This document shows, piece after piece, positions 12,067 through 25,380 of a DNA stretch of 64,000 bases. The stretch lies in NCBI RefSeq assembly GCF_001194135.2, contig NC_068988.1:19602771-19666770 (forward strand), in the 5' to 3' direction. The notes beneath the pieces were generated by a model. It saw only the letters and a program-made list of their open reading frames with translations, was not told where the DNA came from and searched no databases. The position numbers were made by a program, and so were the translations under genes. The DNA is from Octopus bimaculoides (taxonomy: Eukaryota). Position 1 is the stretch's first letter; each line of letters opens with the position of its first letter.

Positions 12067-13681
12067 ATGAATACACATAATTTTGGACTGCCGTTCACTT
12101 TCCGGATGTCGTTCGTTCTTTTACAGGTTCCATTTTTTTTTATCCCACAGTATGTTCCGTAATGATCTTCTATTCTGAGAAGGCTCGTAGATGTTAGTTA
12201 AGTCACCCCAGACGACCTACCAGTTTAATACACAAATATTTCTAATGATAATTTCCTTGTATTAGACCCCCGTTGTAAGAAGGGAGCGTGGGTAGATTAT
12301 AGTCAATAAAATCAACTGCGGTTTGATCACTGCTGAAATGTCTTGGATCATAAAATTGCTCACTCACTGTTGTCTTGTGGTAAAACAAAAGTAATAGTAA
12401 CTCGATGAGATTACGCATAGAGAAATAAAAGATAGAATGAAAAAAAAATATATTGTAAAATATTAAAGCTTCTATAGAAGTCCAACCTCTATTCAAGGGA
12501 TTTAATAAATGAGAACACATCATCAATTGCCATCGTGTGTTATAATGCTGGAACAGTGAACAAGAGGGAAGATGAAATAGAAGTGCTGCACAATTCTCTC
12601 AATCTACTGCCCGAGAAATAATGTTTGTAATAAGGTGGAGGAGTTAAGTTGATCAGTTCGATCACAGGTCTTAAAATCTATTTTATTTTATTGAAACTGG
12701 AAAGATGAATAGCAAAATAGACTTAGGAAGGTTTTGAACTTAGAACTTAAGGGAGATAGAAAACGTATAGGAAAGCATTTTTCCGAGTCTCTACCGTTGG
12801 TGCCAATGAAAAAGAACAAGATAAAAATAAAAGCAAATGGAGAACTAATCAGTGAAGGTAAACTACTATTGTAACATATTCTGTTTGAAAGCAAATTCTC
12901 TCACAATAAAGAGGAATAAATGGAAATGAGAAGCAAAATGAAAGAACGAATTGGAAGACAGTTGCAGCAAAATGTAAAAGATGGAAGATGAAAAAATTGG
13001 TAGAATGAAAATGATGAGCCTGAATAGAATAGAAAATGAGTGAGATATAGATAAAATGAATCTGCAAGTTAGAAGATAGAATGCGTGGAAATAAAGTAGG
13101 TCAAAGAAGTTATAGAAAAGAATAGATGAGTTTAAATCATACAGAATAGATAGGAAGATGTGCTAGGCACAAACTAGAGTTAAAAAGTAAGAAAAAACTA
13201 GAGAGAGAAATGAAATGAAAGAGGAGGAGAAAGTAACTGGCAGAAATAGCAAAAACAGAAACGAAAAGAAGAGATCTAATATGTCAAGTAAAAAGAGGCA
13301 AGTAGGAATGGAAATGAATTTGAAAGAAAATTTGGAATATGGAAAATGGAAGCTTAAAGAAAAAAAAAAGAATTATGATGAAAATCGAAATGGAGGGATA
13401 AAGAAACCATGAGGAGAGTCTTGTACCGGTGCTACACGAAAAATCACAGAGAAATGGAGAAAAGTAATAAAGTGTATGTGAATGTATTTGTATGTGTGTT
13501 AGTGTGTGAGTGTGTATGCTTATGTTGTGAATTTTACGTGCATACTTCTCTATGTATGGATACGTTGTCACAAACAATGGGAAAAAGAGATTGTTGAGCA
13601 AAATCAAACAGTAACGCCGGAAGGCAGTACAAGAGAGATGGTGGTGAGAATAATAAAACAATGCACAGAGAGAAAGACTCA

Positions 13682-13775
<94 letters not shown>
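13682..13775. repeat. (GT)n(GA)n(GACA)n compound microsatellite
   Basis: Directly visible. Confidence 0.95.
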
Positions 13776-14264
13776 TTGAGGCACAGAGAGCGAGTGAGAG
13801 AGATAGAAAGACAGAGAAAGTGTAGGCAGGCGTATCTAAACCCAAATGAGAGGTAAAGAGAGAAAAACAAAGCGGAAGAGACTGAAATGGCAACAAAGAT
13901 TGTTGAAGACAGATGTTATGATATAGCAAAGGAAGGTTATGTGAAATTGCCGACCAAGATATTAATTCGCGCCAGAAATCTTAAACATTAACTGAACAAT
14001 TTTCTTTCCGGAACAAAAAGGATGTTTCATAGAAGGCATCTATTGTGTATGTTTAGCACCGTAATGTCAAATTTACTAACAGATGTATTGAGAGAGTTTT
14101 GCGAATCCATTATGAAAATGTAGCCATAGTTACAACTGAGCGTTATCATGATTCATATGTTCATTAGAATACTGTGGGAGAAAGAATCACGAATTAGTTG
14201 TGATTAATTAGAGTAGATTTACATGAAGAAAAACGTGCTTGCGTGCACCGTTAGACACTTAATT

Positions 14265-15132
14265 TATTTTTCAAAATTTTAGATAAATAAGTTCTTTTTA
14301 ATCTAAAATATACTCTTCTTCATTTTCTACTCTGCTCTTCCATCTATCTGGTAGAGTTGCAAGGCCCCTCTTCCAAAATTTACTTGATGTGGTGAAAAAT
14401 ACTCCTCCTGTACTGTTTTAACCTCGTGTACAGAATTCATGTTTATCCGTCTAAATGATTTTCAAGACCAAAGAATAAATGAATATCAGACGGGTCAATG
14501 TCCGGCGAATATAGTGGGTAGAGAATCGTTTCCCATTCAAACTGTTCCAGCCTTTGGAATGTCATCCTCACCGTATGTGGCCTAATAGAAGAACACCTTC
14601 CGTCTTGAAGTCAAAAATGGTCGTTTTTCTTCTCGCGCTGGTGTCGATGACTGATTGATTGACCAAGTCACAAGCCTTTTTGCTAGTTCCTCAAAGTTAC
14701 GATGGGATTTTTTTTTCCACCAGTGTTTGCAGGACATCCTCGTAAAGCACTACAGATCTTCCAGGACGAGCCTCGTCGTCTTGGCTGTAGATTCCGGTAA
14801 TGAATTTCTGAAACCACCGTTGACACTGGCTTACACTTATTGTCAGATCCCCATATACTGCATTAATATTCCTCGCACTTTCTGTTGCATTGTTGCCTTT
14901 ATTGAACACAGAGCAAAATATGCCGAATATGCTTCTTTGTCACTTTTGTTGCAAGTTTGAGAAGATAACGGTTTAAATCGAATTTCTCTGTTCAACACTA
15001 GCACTAAGAATAAAAACGAAGGTAAAATTACTACTTGTTTTTATAGCAAGTTAATGCAAGTAGTTTATCCCATCCACCTCCGAATTTTAGTTCTTGGAAT
15101 TTAAAAAACCGCATTATTTATGGGATGCCCCA
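14265..15132 (-). mobile_element. Internally deleted mariner (DD34D-type) transposon relic
   Basis: The minus strand encodes KHIRHILL..FNKGNNATESARNINAVYGD...QRWFQKF...DEARPGRS (mariner N-terminal HTH), then RPHTVRMT...YPLYSPDIDPSDIHLF and FWKRGLATLPDRWKSRVENEEEYILD*. The central domain is missing. TIR-like GGGCATCCCATAAATAATGCGGTTTTT next to TA is seen at the right end only. Confidence 0.85.
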
Positions 15133-15145
15133 CTATATATATGTG

Positions 15146-15179
<34 letters not shown>

Positions 15180-15292
15180 AGTGTGCGTTCGCGTTGTGCG
15201 CATGTCTGTTTCCTAGTATGCCCGAGACATCTCACAATACTATTGAGAAGGACTTACGAATAAATATATATAGATGTCATATATAGACATAT

Positions 15293-15416
<124 letters not shown>

Positions 15417-16304
15417 ATATATTCATATATGTGTGTGTGTCTCTTTTTATTTCTTTCCCTCTCTCTCTCTCTCTCTACATATATTTATATCTATATCTAT
15501 ATATATATATAAACGTAGGTATCTGTGTTGTTATGCGTCCACGTGTGTGTGTGCGTTTGTGTGTGTTTGTGTGCGTGCATGTGCGTGCGCGTTGTGCGCA
15601 TGTCTGTTTCCTAGTATGCTCGAGACATCGCAGAATATTACTGACAAGGACTTAAAAATCTGTTGCAATGCAGCTGGTGGACGATTGAACATAAATTAGA
15701 TCAAAGATCTATGTTTTACATTAAAACCATTAATAATCCGGTGTTTCGAGTGGAAACTGCTTTCTACACAGAATGAGAAGATCTGAAGAACATTTCTGAC
15801 TTTGTTACAGATTAAACTTGCTATGATATGTTACAGTGATACGTTGCTTTGCTTGAACAAAGTAGTATTATTAATTGCCTTGCATAGGATATATATTTAA
15901 AGGTTCTTTAGTTATTAATCTAATTGGCATTGGTAGGATTAACGACACGTATGTACAAGAAGCGTGTCAAGTGTTTCAATGTATATATACTGTTTTCTGT
16001 AACTAGCTGAATAAGTCGTTCTCTTTCAGTATTACTGATTTCTATTGTCTGATGGGAATACATTTTGTCTGATACGGATCTGTACATTTCCGACATTTCA
16101 CTCCGCATCTCTGATAGCTACGAAAATTATTTAGATAACGTTTCACAAGTGAAAGGGAAGCTGTTGTTTGATTCGGGGTAAAGCTCTCTTAGTTGATTCA
16201 AATATATAAGAACAGAGTCATGTTGCCAATGTGATATTCATAGCATATACTCACCCTGTCTGTGAAAAGACTTAACATTGCAACAGCATGTTCGTACTGG
16301 AAAC

Positions 16305-17190
16305 TTAGCGACTGGCCGCCGAACATTGGTTTTCATAACAAGGACGCCATACCTTAAAGATATTCTTGGATGACTTTGCTGCGTATTTAAACCTCATTAA
16401 CGGATTGGTTGGAAAATTACAACTGTTGTTTTGTTATTGGAATTTACAACTTCATGAAACATATACAAGAAAAGTTGTACTGTTTTCTTTCTCAGAATGA
16501 CTGGCTGTGTCTGTTTCTTAAGCGAAGACTCCCTTAAAGCTTTGGAACTGTTAGTTATTGGTGGTGTGATTCATATCTTACTGTACCTCTCTTTAATTCA
16601 ACTCATACCATTTTGAATTTAGACAGTATAAGGAATGACAAGGATCATGTATCTCCTGTGTTTCTTAGGTCGAACTCCATCATAAAGAAATTCGGAAACG
16701 CTTGAACATAATGTAGCCAGTTTAGCCATCAAAAGCAGCAAACATTGCTTAACACTAGAACCATATTTATGCTCATCTTCTAGTGCTCAGAGCGCTTAAC
16801 AGATAATACTCGTGTTCCACATTCATGCATTAGATACAAAACTTATTTTGGCTGTGCTACTCCAAAGGTGTCTGCAGATTGCATAAATAAAGCCGCAGTA
16901 TGTGGCTAGCTTGTCTTCCACAATCTCTTCCCTGTGAACACATTAAAATTTTCGGGAAGTTTTCCTGTTCAAATATCTCCTATTCTCTTTTACATTTGCA
17001 GGCAGCAAGTGAAGCCTTCAACGTCCGGTCTCAAGACATTGTACAAATTCCTCGTCTGATTCGACAGCGTAGATCTCCTTGGCACTGTGGTTTGCCTCTC
17101 TGTTTTGGTTTTCCGACGTCTTATATACTGCAGTAATGTGTTGCTGCTCATCTTCATACATACTAATGTCGCTCAGTTTATATGTAATAA
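16305..17190 (-). pseudogene. Ancient degenerate LINE reverse-transcriptase fragment (RTE-like)
   Basis: One minus frame runs about 295 codons with about 8 internal stops (hand count). It contains RKF*CVHREEIVEDKLATYCGFIYAICRHLW (cf. KAFDSV.RE.LW..L..YG) and SSVKQCLLL (cf. GVKQGCLL) in the expected order. Confidence 0.4.
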
Positions 17191-17322
17191 TGAAAATAAG
17201 TATTCAAATTCATTTAAAATTATAAATCCTCGACTTACAAAGTCATCTGCAACTTCCTTTGAAAAGATAAGATATCCAGAGCTAAGCCAGACATTTATCA
17301 CAAGAAGTGTATACATACATAC

Positions 17323-17361
<39 letters not shown>

Positions 17362-19393
17362 NNNNNNNNNNNNNNNNNNNNNNNNNNNNNNNNNNNNNNN
17401 NNNNNNNNNNNNNNNNNNNNNNNNNNNNNNNNNNNNNNNNNNNNNNNNNNNNNNNNNNNNNNNNNNNNNNNNNNNNNNNNNNNNNNNNNNNNNNNNNNNN
17501 NNNNNNNNNNNNNNNNNNNNNNNNNNNNNNNNNNNNNNNNNNNNNNNNNNNNNNNNNNNNNNNNNNNNNNNNNNNNNNNNNNNNNNNNNNNNNNNNNNNN
17601 NNNNNNNNNNNNNNNNNNNNNNNNNNNNNNNNNNNNNNNNNNNNNNNNNNNNNNNNNNNNNNNNNNNNNNNNNNNNNNNNNNNNNNNNNNNNNNNNNNNN
17701 NNNNNNNNNNNNNNNNNNNNNNNNNNNNNNNNNNNNNNNNNNNNNNNNNNNNNNNNNNNNNNNNNNNNNNNNNNNNNNNNNNNNNNNNNNNNNNNNNNNN
17801 NNNNNNNNNNNNNNNNNNNNNNNNNNNNNNNNNNNNNNNNNNNNNNNNNNNNNNNNNNNNNNNNNNNNNNNNNNNNNNNNNNNNNNNNNNNNNNNNNNNN
17901 NNNNNNNNNNNNNNNNNNNNNNNNNNATATATATATATATATATATATACATATATACATATGTGTTTGTAAATATATATGTGAACGTTTTTGTGTGTAT
18001 GAAGGAATATCTTTCACAATGACTTGTCTCTCTATAAAACTAAATGATGCGATATTGTAATTCCCATTCGAACCTGCGATAACATTTGAAGTCACATAAT
18101 TAAGAATACGTACTTATACATTTACAATAGATAATTAATGTTTCAGGCGTTTTCATAAAATGCTTTCGATATTTCCTTTCTGTTCCCAATCATGAAACTC
18201 ATACAAAACATAATATCTTGGCATTAAAATCCTCTATCTGTATATCCATTGGTGAAATGAATAAATTTCTAAAACTATTTCGTTAAATACAGAAAAATAA
18301 AAGAATATCTTGTGGTCCATAAATTATGCAGCTTTAGTAGAAATCAACGCAGTGGAAGATGTAATCTGCAGGTATGGTTGTTTCTGTCCCAACCAATTTC
18401 ATTTCCAGAGTATCTAATATACTCTGGAATTGATTACTTGTTACTTTATTGGGGGACAGATTTTTTTTTTTTTTACCAAACACTTTATATAATGTTACTT
18501 TAATTTTATAAGAGTAATACCTGGATTGACGTAGTTACAGACCTCGCACCCATCTATCCACACATATATACGAGGAAAAGCAGTTGTCATCCCTTATACA
18601 CGTGTAATATAATTATATATATATATATACAAACAGAATGGAGAAGCGTATGGTAGGTTTAGATATATTGTTTTAGAGCTTCGCCGTTGCTAGAGATATT
18701 CAGTATTCAGTGTAAGACAGAAGTTGATATTAATGTAGCTAGAAAATACAATAACATAACAATAACAAATACGCTATTAGACACAGAAGCAGCTTTTGTA
18801 ACGGATATTATTTACCACATTTAGATTAACTTAGATATGTTGTTTATAACGCCTTATACACATGTAAATATTTCCTTTCGTGCATACAACACAGGCTAAA
18901 AACCATCGAAACCGTATTATCATTTTGTCAGTACAGAGAAGGCAAGTATCTTGTATGTAATGGCATCTCTCGGTGTACTAACGGTGATGATTTTTAGCAT
19001 CGGTCGTCTGTACGAAAAGACATTCTCTCAGGCATTTACAGCAGTCTATGTAGGGCCGTCTGAATAGCATTGTAGGCTTCCGAGCAAATCAATCCACTGT
19101 GCTCTATAGCATTTATTTATTGAGAGCAAGCCACATCATGCATAGATCATAATTGAGACCACACATAATTGATCCCCTTGAGCAACCACTCAGTGTGCCC
19201 ACTCAATAAGACGGTTCTGAGTTTATGGCGTTATAAACAACCGATCTAATTTAAGTTGGATGAGTTAATTAATAATTAAAAAAATATATCGAAAAGTTAC
19301 CTGCGCTATATTTAGCTAAACTTGATATCTCAGTTTGAGCACCGATTCACAAACTCCTTAGAGAGCAAGAGAGGAAGAGAGAAAGAGAGAGAC

Positions 19394-19428
<35 letters not shown>

Positions 19429-21743
19429 AATGGGAGAGAAATTTACTTGTCAGTTTTGCTAGTGTAGCTATTCCTTGTGTTTTAAAGTCGAGCGGCCATA
19501 TTTGTGTGAGAATACAAGAAGAAAACGTGCAGTTATCGTTAAAACAATGGTAGAAATATAAGCAGCCAGTCGGGAAAACAAAATCAAGTTAATCAAAATT
19601 TAAGTTAATCCAAACCAATAATGGTCAAATGTCTAGAACTGAATGTATCCTATAAAAAATATAAAGAACAAACCATAATTGTTAGCACGCACCACAAAGT
19701 TTCCTCGTTGTTAACATATCCCACCAAAACACTGATAATTCTTGGAGCGTATCACACATCTCCAAATTCTACATCTTTTCAAATTAAGTAACTAATTCAC
19801 ATGCAAAAATGTGGACTCATTCTTATCGGCACAACATTAACACTAGTTCACGTTGTGCATACACACACAATCCTTATCCCTTGTATAAAAATTCAGCTGT
19901 CTAATGAGGAGACTCTGATATTTCAACGCTGTAGTTCCTAAGGCGATGCTCACTTCTCATCATAACATTCCGAGGTATTACACAAGAATCACTCTAAAGA
20001 TCTTCAATAGAATGTTCGTTACGTACAGCTATTCCTTGAGGCTAAGAGATAGGAAACGCGCATTACTATGGCACGTTGTATCCAAAGATTTGATAACGAG
20101 AGGAAAGAGTTGCTCATGTAATGTGAAGAATCATGAACAAGACTCCATATTTTTTGCTTTTAGCATGGAGTTGCAGAATTTGTTTCTCTATGAATTAGTA
20201 TAAACTAAAGAGGCACGCTTTATAGTTTAAGGGGATTTAGATTTCATACTGCTCTAATCAACGGGTTCAATATTATCTATTTTCAAGTTATTAGGTAATA
20301 GCACCGTATCATAATTTACGCTGAACCTTTAATTAAATTTCAGTGGAATATTCCTCATGAAAGCAAATATACCAACGCACATCTATTGCATCTGATATGC
20401 CCCATAAAACCAATGTTAAATCAATTAGCTTCTTCGGTACATGACTCGACAACATTTGTAATATCAGATACGTTTGCACGTTAGTGAGATTTTGAGTAAA
20501 GCAAATCTAAGTTGCAAAATGTTAACACAAATACGCGCGTTCACAAATAGACACACGCACAAGTACACACGTGTGAAAACACACACACACAGAGTTCGTG
20601 TGCGCGCTCACATGAGTGAGTGCGTGTGTGTATACGAATGTATTTATATTTTGTCCAAAACCAATATGCTTATCTAATAAATGATTGTCAGCCATTCTCC
20701 TCAGCCATATACCAAGGATATGCTTGCTTCGCTGAGGAGGTTCAAACGAATATATATAAGCCATATTCTCATATCAGTGGTTGTTGGAACATCTAGTGTA
20801 TTCCGCCCCAAGAATGCTTACACTCTGCCATCAAAATGAAACGAAGGTCTTTCAGCTAAGGACACAACACAAACTAAGCTGAACAGCTGATGCAATGGAC
20901 ATCGCTAGCCTTTCTTTTCGACATCAGGATGTGCAGATATGTCAAATAATTCACGAGAAAATGCAGAATTTATTTATTTCTCTGAAATTAATGGAATTTA
21001 ATTATTTCATTGAATTAAGAAGAAAAGGAAAGAAATTATATAAGCATACAGAAAGGAAACAAAAAATTAGACGTGTCTGTACATCTTTCATACTGATTAC
21101 ATTTCTTTCGTAAATATATTTTGTAGGTTCTTCTTGGTCCAACAATTTGGGGGGCGAAATATTTTCAAAGCTAAATATTTTTACTTGCGAAAGGGAATTT
21201 GATAGATATTGTCGTATTTGTCACGTTGTGGTAAAAATCAATATAAAACCAAATTTCAGTGTTGTGAAACAAGGAACATTGGCAGAGTTGTTTGCACGGG
21301 TCCTGTAAGGCCTAACTCCATTTGTTCTAGCTAATGTGAATTCTGAACTCATCGATGTCATCTTTGCCTTCTCCCTCTTTGCCATCACGGCATCCGAAGC
21401 AATCTAGTGAGAGTCAAATAGTGACATGGACGCCGTTGAGTAACAAAACATTGCAAACTGATTCACTTTGTGCCTAATTGAGAAATTATTGCATTGGGTG
21501 AATTGATTTGACTCAATACAATAATTAAGCAATGCTTCATCAAACAAAGGGAAGTGGGAACCTCAGCTTTTTCGCTTCGAAGGACAAGAACTAATATCAG
21601 CGTGGAATCAAAAGACTAGCAGAGTGGTGGCTTCAGACGGAACGACACCACTTCTTCTATTTCGAATGTTAGGCTACTGTTGTTGTACCTTGACGAATAA
21701 AGCAAGCAAAATATCAAAATACTGCAAAACGTTTGACTCAACA

Positions 21744-21744
<1 letters not shown>

Positions 21745-21840
<96 letters not shown>
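21745..21840. repeat. (ATT)n immediately followed by (AAT)n (inverted microsatellite pair)
   Basis: Directly visible; orientation switches near 21789. Confidence 0.95.
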
Positions 21841-21842
<2 letters not shown>

Positions 21843-21847
21843 TAATG

Positions 21848-22068
21848 CAGCGATGTGGCAGAATCGTTAGAATGCCGGGAGAAATACTTAGTGGTATTTC
21901 GTCTGTCACTACATTCTGAGCTCAAATTCAGCTGAAGTTGACTTTGCCTTTCATCCTTTCGGGGGCGATAATTTCAGTACCAGTGACACACTGGGGTTGA
22001 TATAACCGACTATCCCCTCCACCAAAATTTCAGGCCTTGTACCTATAATACAAAGGCTTATTCTTATT
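21848..22068 (+). mobile_element. SINE-B (short-tail subfamily)
   Basis: TGGCAGAATCGTTAG head, GAGCTCAAATTC B-box-like motif, GACTTTGCCTTTCATCCTTTCGGGG central domain and CAGGCCTTGTACCTATA tail. Confidence 0.85.
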
Positions 22069-22606
22069 ATTGAGTGAGAGCAGCGCATGCCATCAAAGTG
22101 ACACTGAGGCACAAGTATAAGGAGCCCAATATACCCATCATGACTACCCGTCAGATAAGTGTACACCAGGCACATGCATCACAACCATATGTGCGCGACA
22201 TGGTGATCTCATATCAAGATAAACAGCACATGACCTCGCAGGTGGAGTCCAGTTAGAATCTTCTTCAGGTCGAGTAGCCCATCCCGCTCAAAAGGTCCCT
22301 GAATAAGGTTTGTTTAAGGATGTTGAGCAAAACATCCATGTTTCCAAAGGTGAATTATTCAAACCCCAAATAATTCCTCTCAACACATGGCTATGATGCT
22401 CCCCCACTACTGCTGCTCGTAATCACAGAGATGCACATATCGTGAGCCACCAACGGACATGCTCAACTGGTTAAGGTCAAACAACTGACAAGCAAATCTT
22501 TGGTATTAAGCAGAATATTTGATGTAGCCCATCTTTTTATACCAAGACAAAACAATGTACACTATAACACTTCCAATCAATTAAGATCAGAAGCCACGAG
22601 AGCCAC
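22068..22606. repeat. About 540-bp interspersed repeat, unclassified
   Basis: GC-richer block bounded by a SINE tail and (TTA)n. I recall it as an abundant octopus repeat; there is no second copy in the window. Confidence 0.45.
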
Positions 22607-22644
<38 letters not shown>

Positions 22645-22647
22645 TTA

Positions 22648-22704
<57 letters not shown>
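22607..22704. repeat. (TTA)n microsatellite
   Basis: Directly visible. Confidence 0.95.
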
Positions 22705-22705
22705 G

Positions 22706-22900
22706 GGTGGCGAGCTTCCAGAAACGGAGAAAATGGGTAGCGGCATTTCTTTCGGTTCTACGTTCTAAGTTGAGGTTCCACCGAGATCGACTCCGTCCCA
22801 ACCCTCTCTGGATGAACCTAGTCAGTACTAGGTCAGCACTGACATTGATAAAATCGCCTAGCGCTCCCAAATTTCATGCCTTGTGAATATAGTAGACAGG
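22706..22900 (+). mobile_element. SINE-B, strongly diverged
   Basis: GGTGGCGAGCTTCCAGAAACG head, CTACGTTCTAAGTTGAGG, and AAATTTCATGCCTTGTG tail. Confidence 0.6.
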
Positions 22901-23043
22901 ATTATTGTTATTATCGTTAGTATTACTGTTGTTGTCGATGACGATATTTAACCCCATATCAACCCTTTCCGAAGAAATCGATTTTAAGATTCTTCCAATC
23001 TAGCTATTATTATCTGCTCTTTCTTCGTTTATTTCATCTATAG

Positions 23044-23547
23044 CAGTGGTTCCCAAACTATGAGTCGCGACCCACTGATGGGTCGCGAACGGAATCCTAG
23101 TGGGTCGCAAAAAGTTACAAAATTACGCATTAGCTTTGATTAACTTCTGTCTATCGAGATAGTTCAAGACTCATGTTTTCAATACCAGACTGGTTGTTTT
23201 ATCAAGCAGTAGGCTTTTTTCACGAACTTAACAAATCAGAGGTGGTTATTTTCTCAAGTTATTGATTAGTACGTAATCGTAAAAAGGAAAAGTCTGTTTT
23301 TACCTATCTATAGAGAACTTTAACTAGGCGCAGTACAACACTGATCGAGCCGATAACAGTTACTGCTCCGTGGTTTTGGATTAGAGTTAATACTTGCCCA
23401 TAGGGTATGGAGACATTGAAACAGTTATAAAACGTTTTGTTTCACATTTAATATAACCCTAACCCTAACCCAGTAGAGTTCAGTGGGTCGCCATAAACTG
23501 GTGTCATGAATAGTGGGTCGCGTCTCTAAAAAGTTTGGGAACCACTG
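23044..23547. mobile_element. hAT (Charlie-type) non-autonomous element / MITE
   Basis: Perfect 16-bp TIR CAGTGGTTCCCAAACT ... AGTTTGGGAACCACTG, with repeated subterminal GGGTCGC motifs at both ends. The 8-bp TSD is not cleanly preserved (ATCTATAG vs AATAGTAA). Confidence 0.85.
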
Positions 23548-24879
23548 AATAGTAATACTGTATTTGTTGTGCCTGATCAAGCTTCAACTTCCTCTTGTTT
23601 AACTCGAAAGAGCCTTGATCTGACCAAATTATGATCAGAGGCTTCCTAAATGCAACAGTTTCACCTAGTTCGTCCGTAATGTTTTAAGAAAGTAGCTATA
23701 TTTGGTTGCTATTTCGAGCAAATCGAGCGACCACATATAGGACCACTCCCTTTTGTCGTTGCTTACTCGTGCTTACTCATCAGGGGTCCAACTCTAATAA
23801 ACATCGGCGCCACATCACCATTATACATTAGTATACATTTTCCCCTCTTACTCTTTATCATTTAAAGCACAAAACAGCATTTGCGTCCATATAATCTTTT
23901 TTTGCTGGCCATGGGTTTGAGCAAATTGAGAAATAAAAAAATGCTTTTAAACCATCTTAGCTTTATTAATCCTCTTTTCCAATATTTACTGTCCCCCACC
24001 CCATGAATCGGAGTATGGGGGCTGCTAGTCCTTCGTCACGGGAAACTCTGCGGTACTGGGCATATACGTCTCGTAAATTTCCATTAATTTTTCAGAGTGC
24101 AATCAATAAACTCCATTCAACAATGAATGGGGAAACTCTCCCCTCTGATATAATTGAAACCTTTCATGCGTAACGAAGTAGAAGCCTACTGGAAGCTTCT
24201 ATGTTATCAACAACATTTATAAGTCAATTTCAGTAATATCATACATTTATAACGACTTTCACAATGAATTATGAGTCAGATATTAAATATATTCAAAAAA
24301 TAAATTTCAACTAGTGTAGTTAACCGCGTAGAGATGAAACAGTTGCAAATACATTGGAATATAGCTGCAGTAAGGAATTGAAAATATGTAGCAAATACAT
24401 TATCTATCTAAAATTGCCCAAAATATCCTAATTGCCCAAAATATCAAAAGTAAATGCTCAACACCAATTTCTATTTTCAAAATAGGGAGGAGGTTATTTT
24501 AGAGCTGGCGCCAATACGTGTAAATTGTAAACTGAGAGAATTATAAGCATCGAAGGACTATATTTGTGAATGAAAATGACGCGGTGAGGCTTCAGTCTAC
24601 CATTTAAGACCAGGAGCAAAACAAACTCTCCAACAATTTTCCCAGTTTGCGTTTACAAATTTACCGCACATTGATTTGCTCGACCCGATTGATAATCACT
24701 TAGAGGAATCGAACTAAAAATCATTAGTTTGCGTAGAAGACTTCGTATATGCGCATATTTCTTTCTCAGAAAGTTCAAAAGGGCTTCTACTTAAATATTT
24801 CATACAGTACATTTTTCCAATGAAGAGAAATTATATATAATCTTGGTAATTATTTTTAGAAAAAATATTTTTACTACTG

Positions 24880-24955
24880 AAACACTGCTCAACTACGGCT
24901 GAAGACTCTTATGAAGAAACACGTTCCTACGGTGACTGTCCCATCCTTTTAAAAT
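24880..24955 (+). mobile_element. Possible Penelope-like terminal remnant with a degenerate hammerhead core
   Basis: CTGAAGA (24899-24905) followed by GAAAC (24916-24920). The helices are imperfect. Confidence 0.3.
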
Positions 24956-25380
24956 GTCTTTGAATAGTAACACACAGGTGACTCTTCAGATTTTGCGCTT
25001 TCAGTTTAAATCTTACTGAAACCAGTTCGGTCAATAAAGATAGCATCTGTTCCATATTGATGTTAATGTTTATTTATCTTTATCACATTTCCCATGCAAT
25101 AAATCCGATGTGGCAAGATCTGGATAATGTTGGGCAGCGCCTGGTTTAAAATCTCCATGAAACTTCTGATCGTATCTCCATATCTCCAGTACATAGCTGT
25201 GGACTCCAGAACGGAAAGAAAGGCCTACACTACCAAACTGGTATTTTCCTTCTTTAAGATCTTGATATGTGATTGCCAAAGATTTGGATACTCTTTGGAG
25301 AGACCATCTAGAGTTTTAAGCATTGGCTCTTAAACCTAGCATTGTGCTATTGTTGTTTAGTCCGTGGTTATAGTATATGT

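Noticed and set aside
18902-18997. YLVCNGISRCTNGDD resembling an LDLa repeat
   Set aside because: It lacks the other cysteines and acidic residues, a stop follows immediately, and there is no convincing exon frame.
25070-25333. Overlapping 68-69-aa ORFs on both strands
   Set aside because: No recognisable host protein. The plus strand has only faint similarity to a decayed LINE C-terminus, too weak to call.
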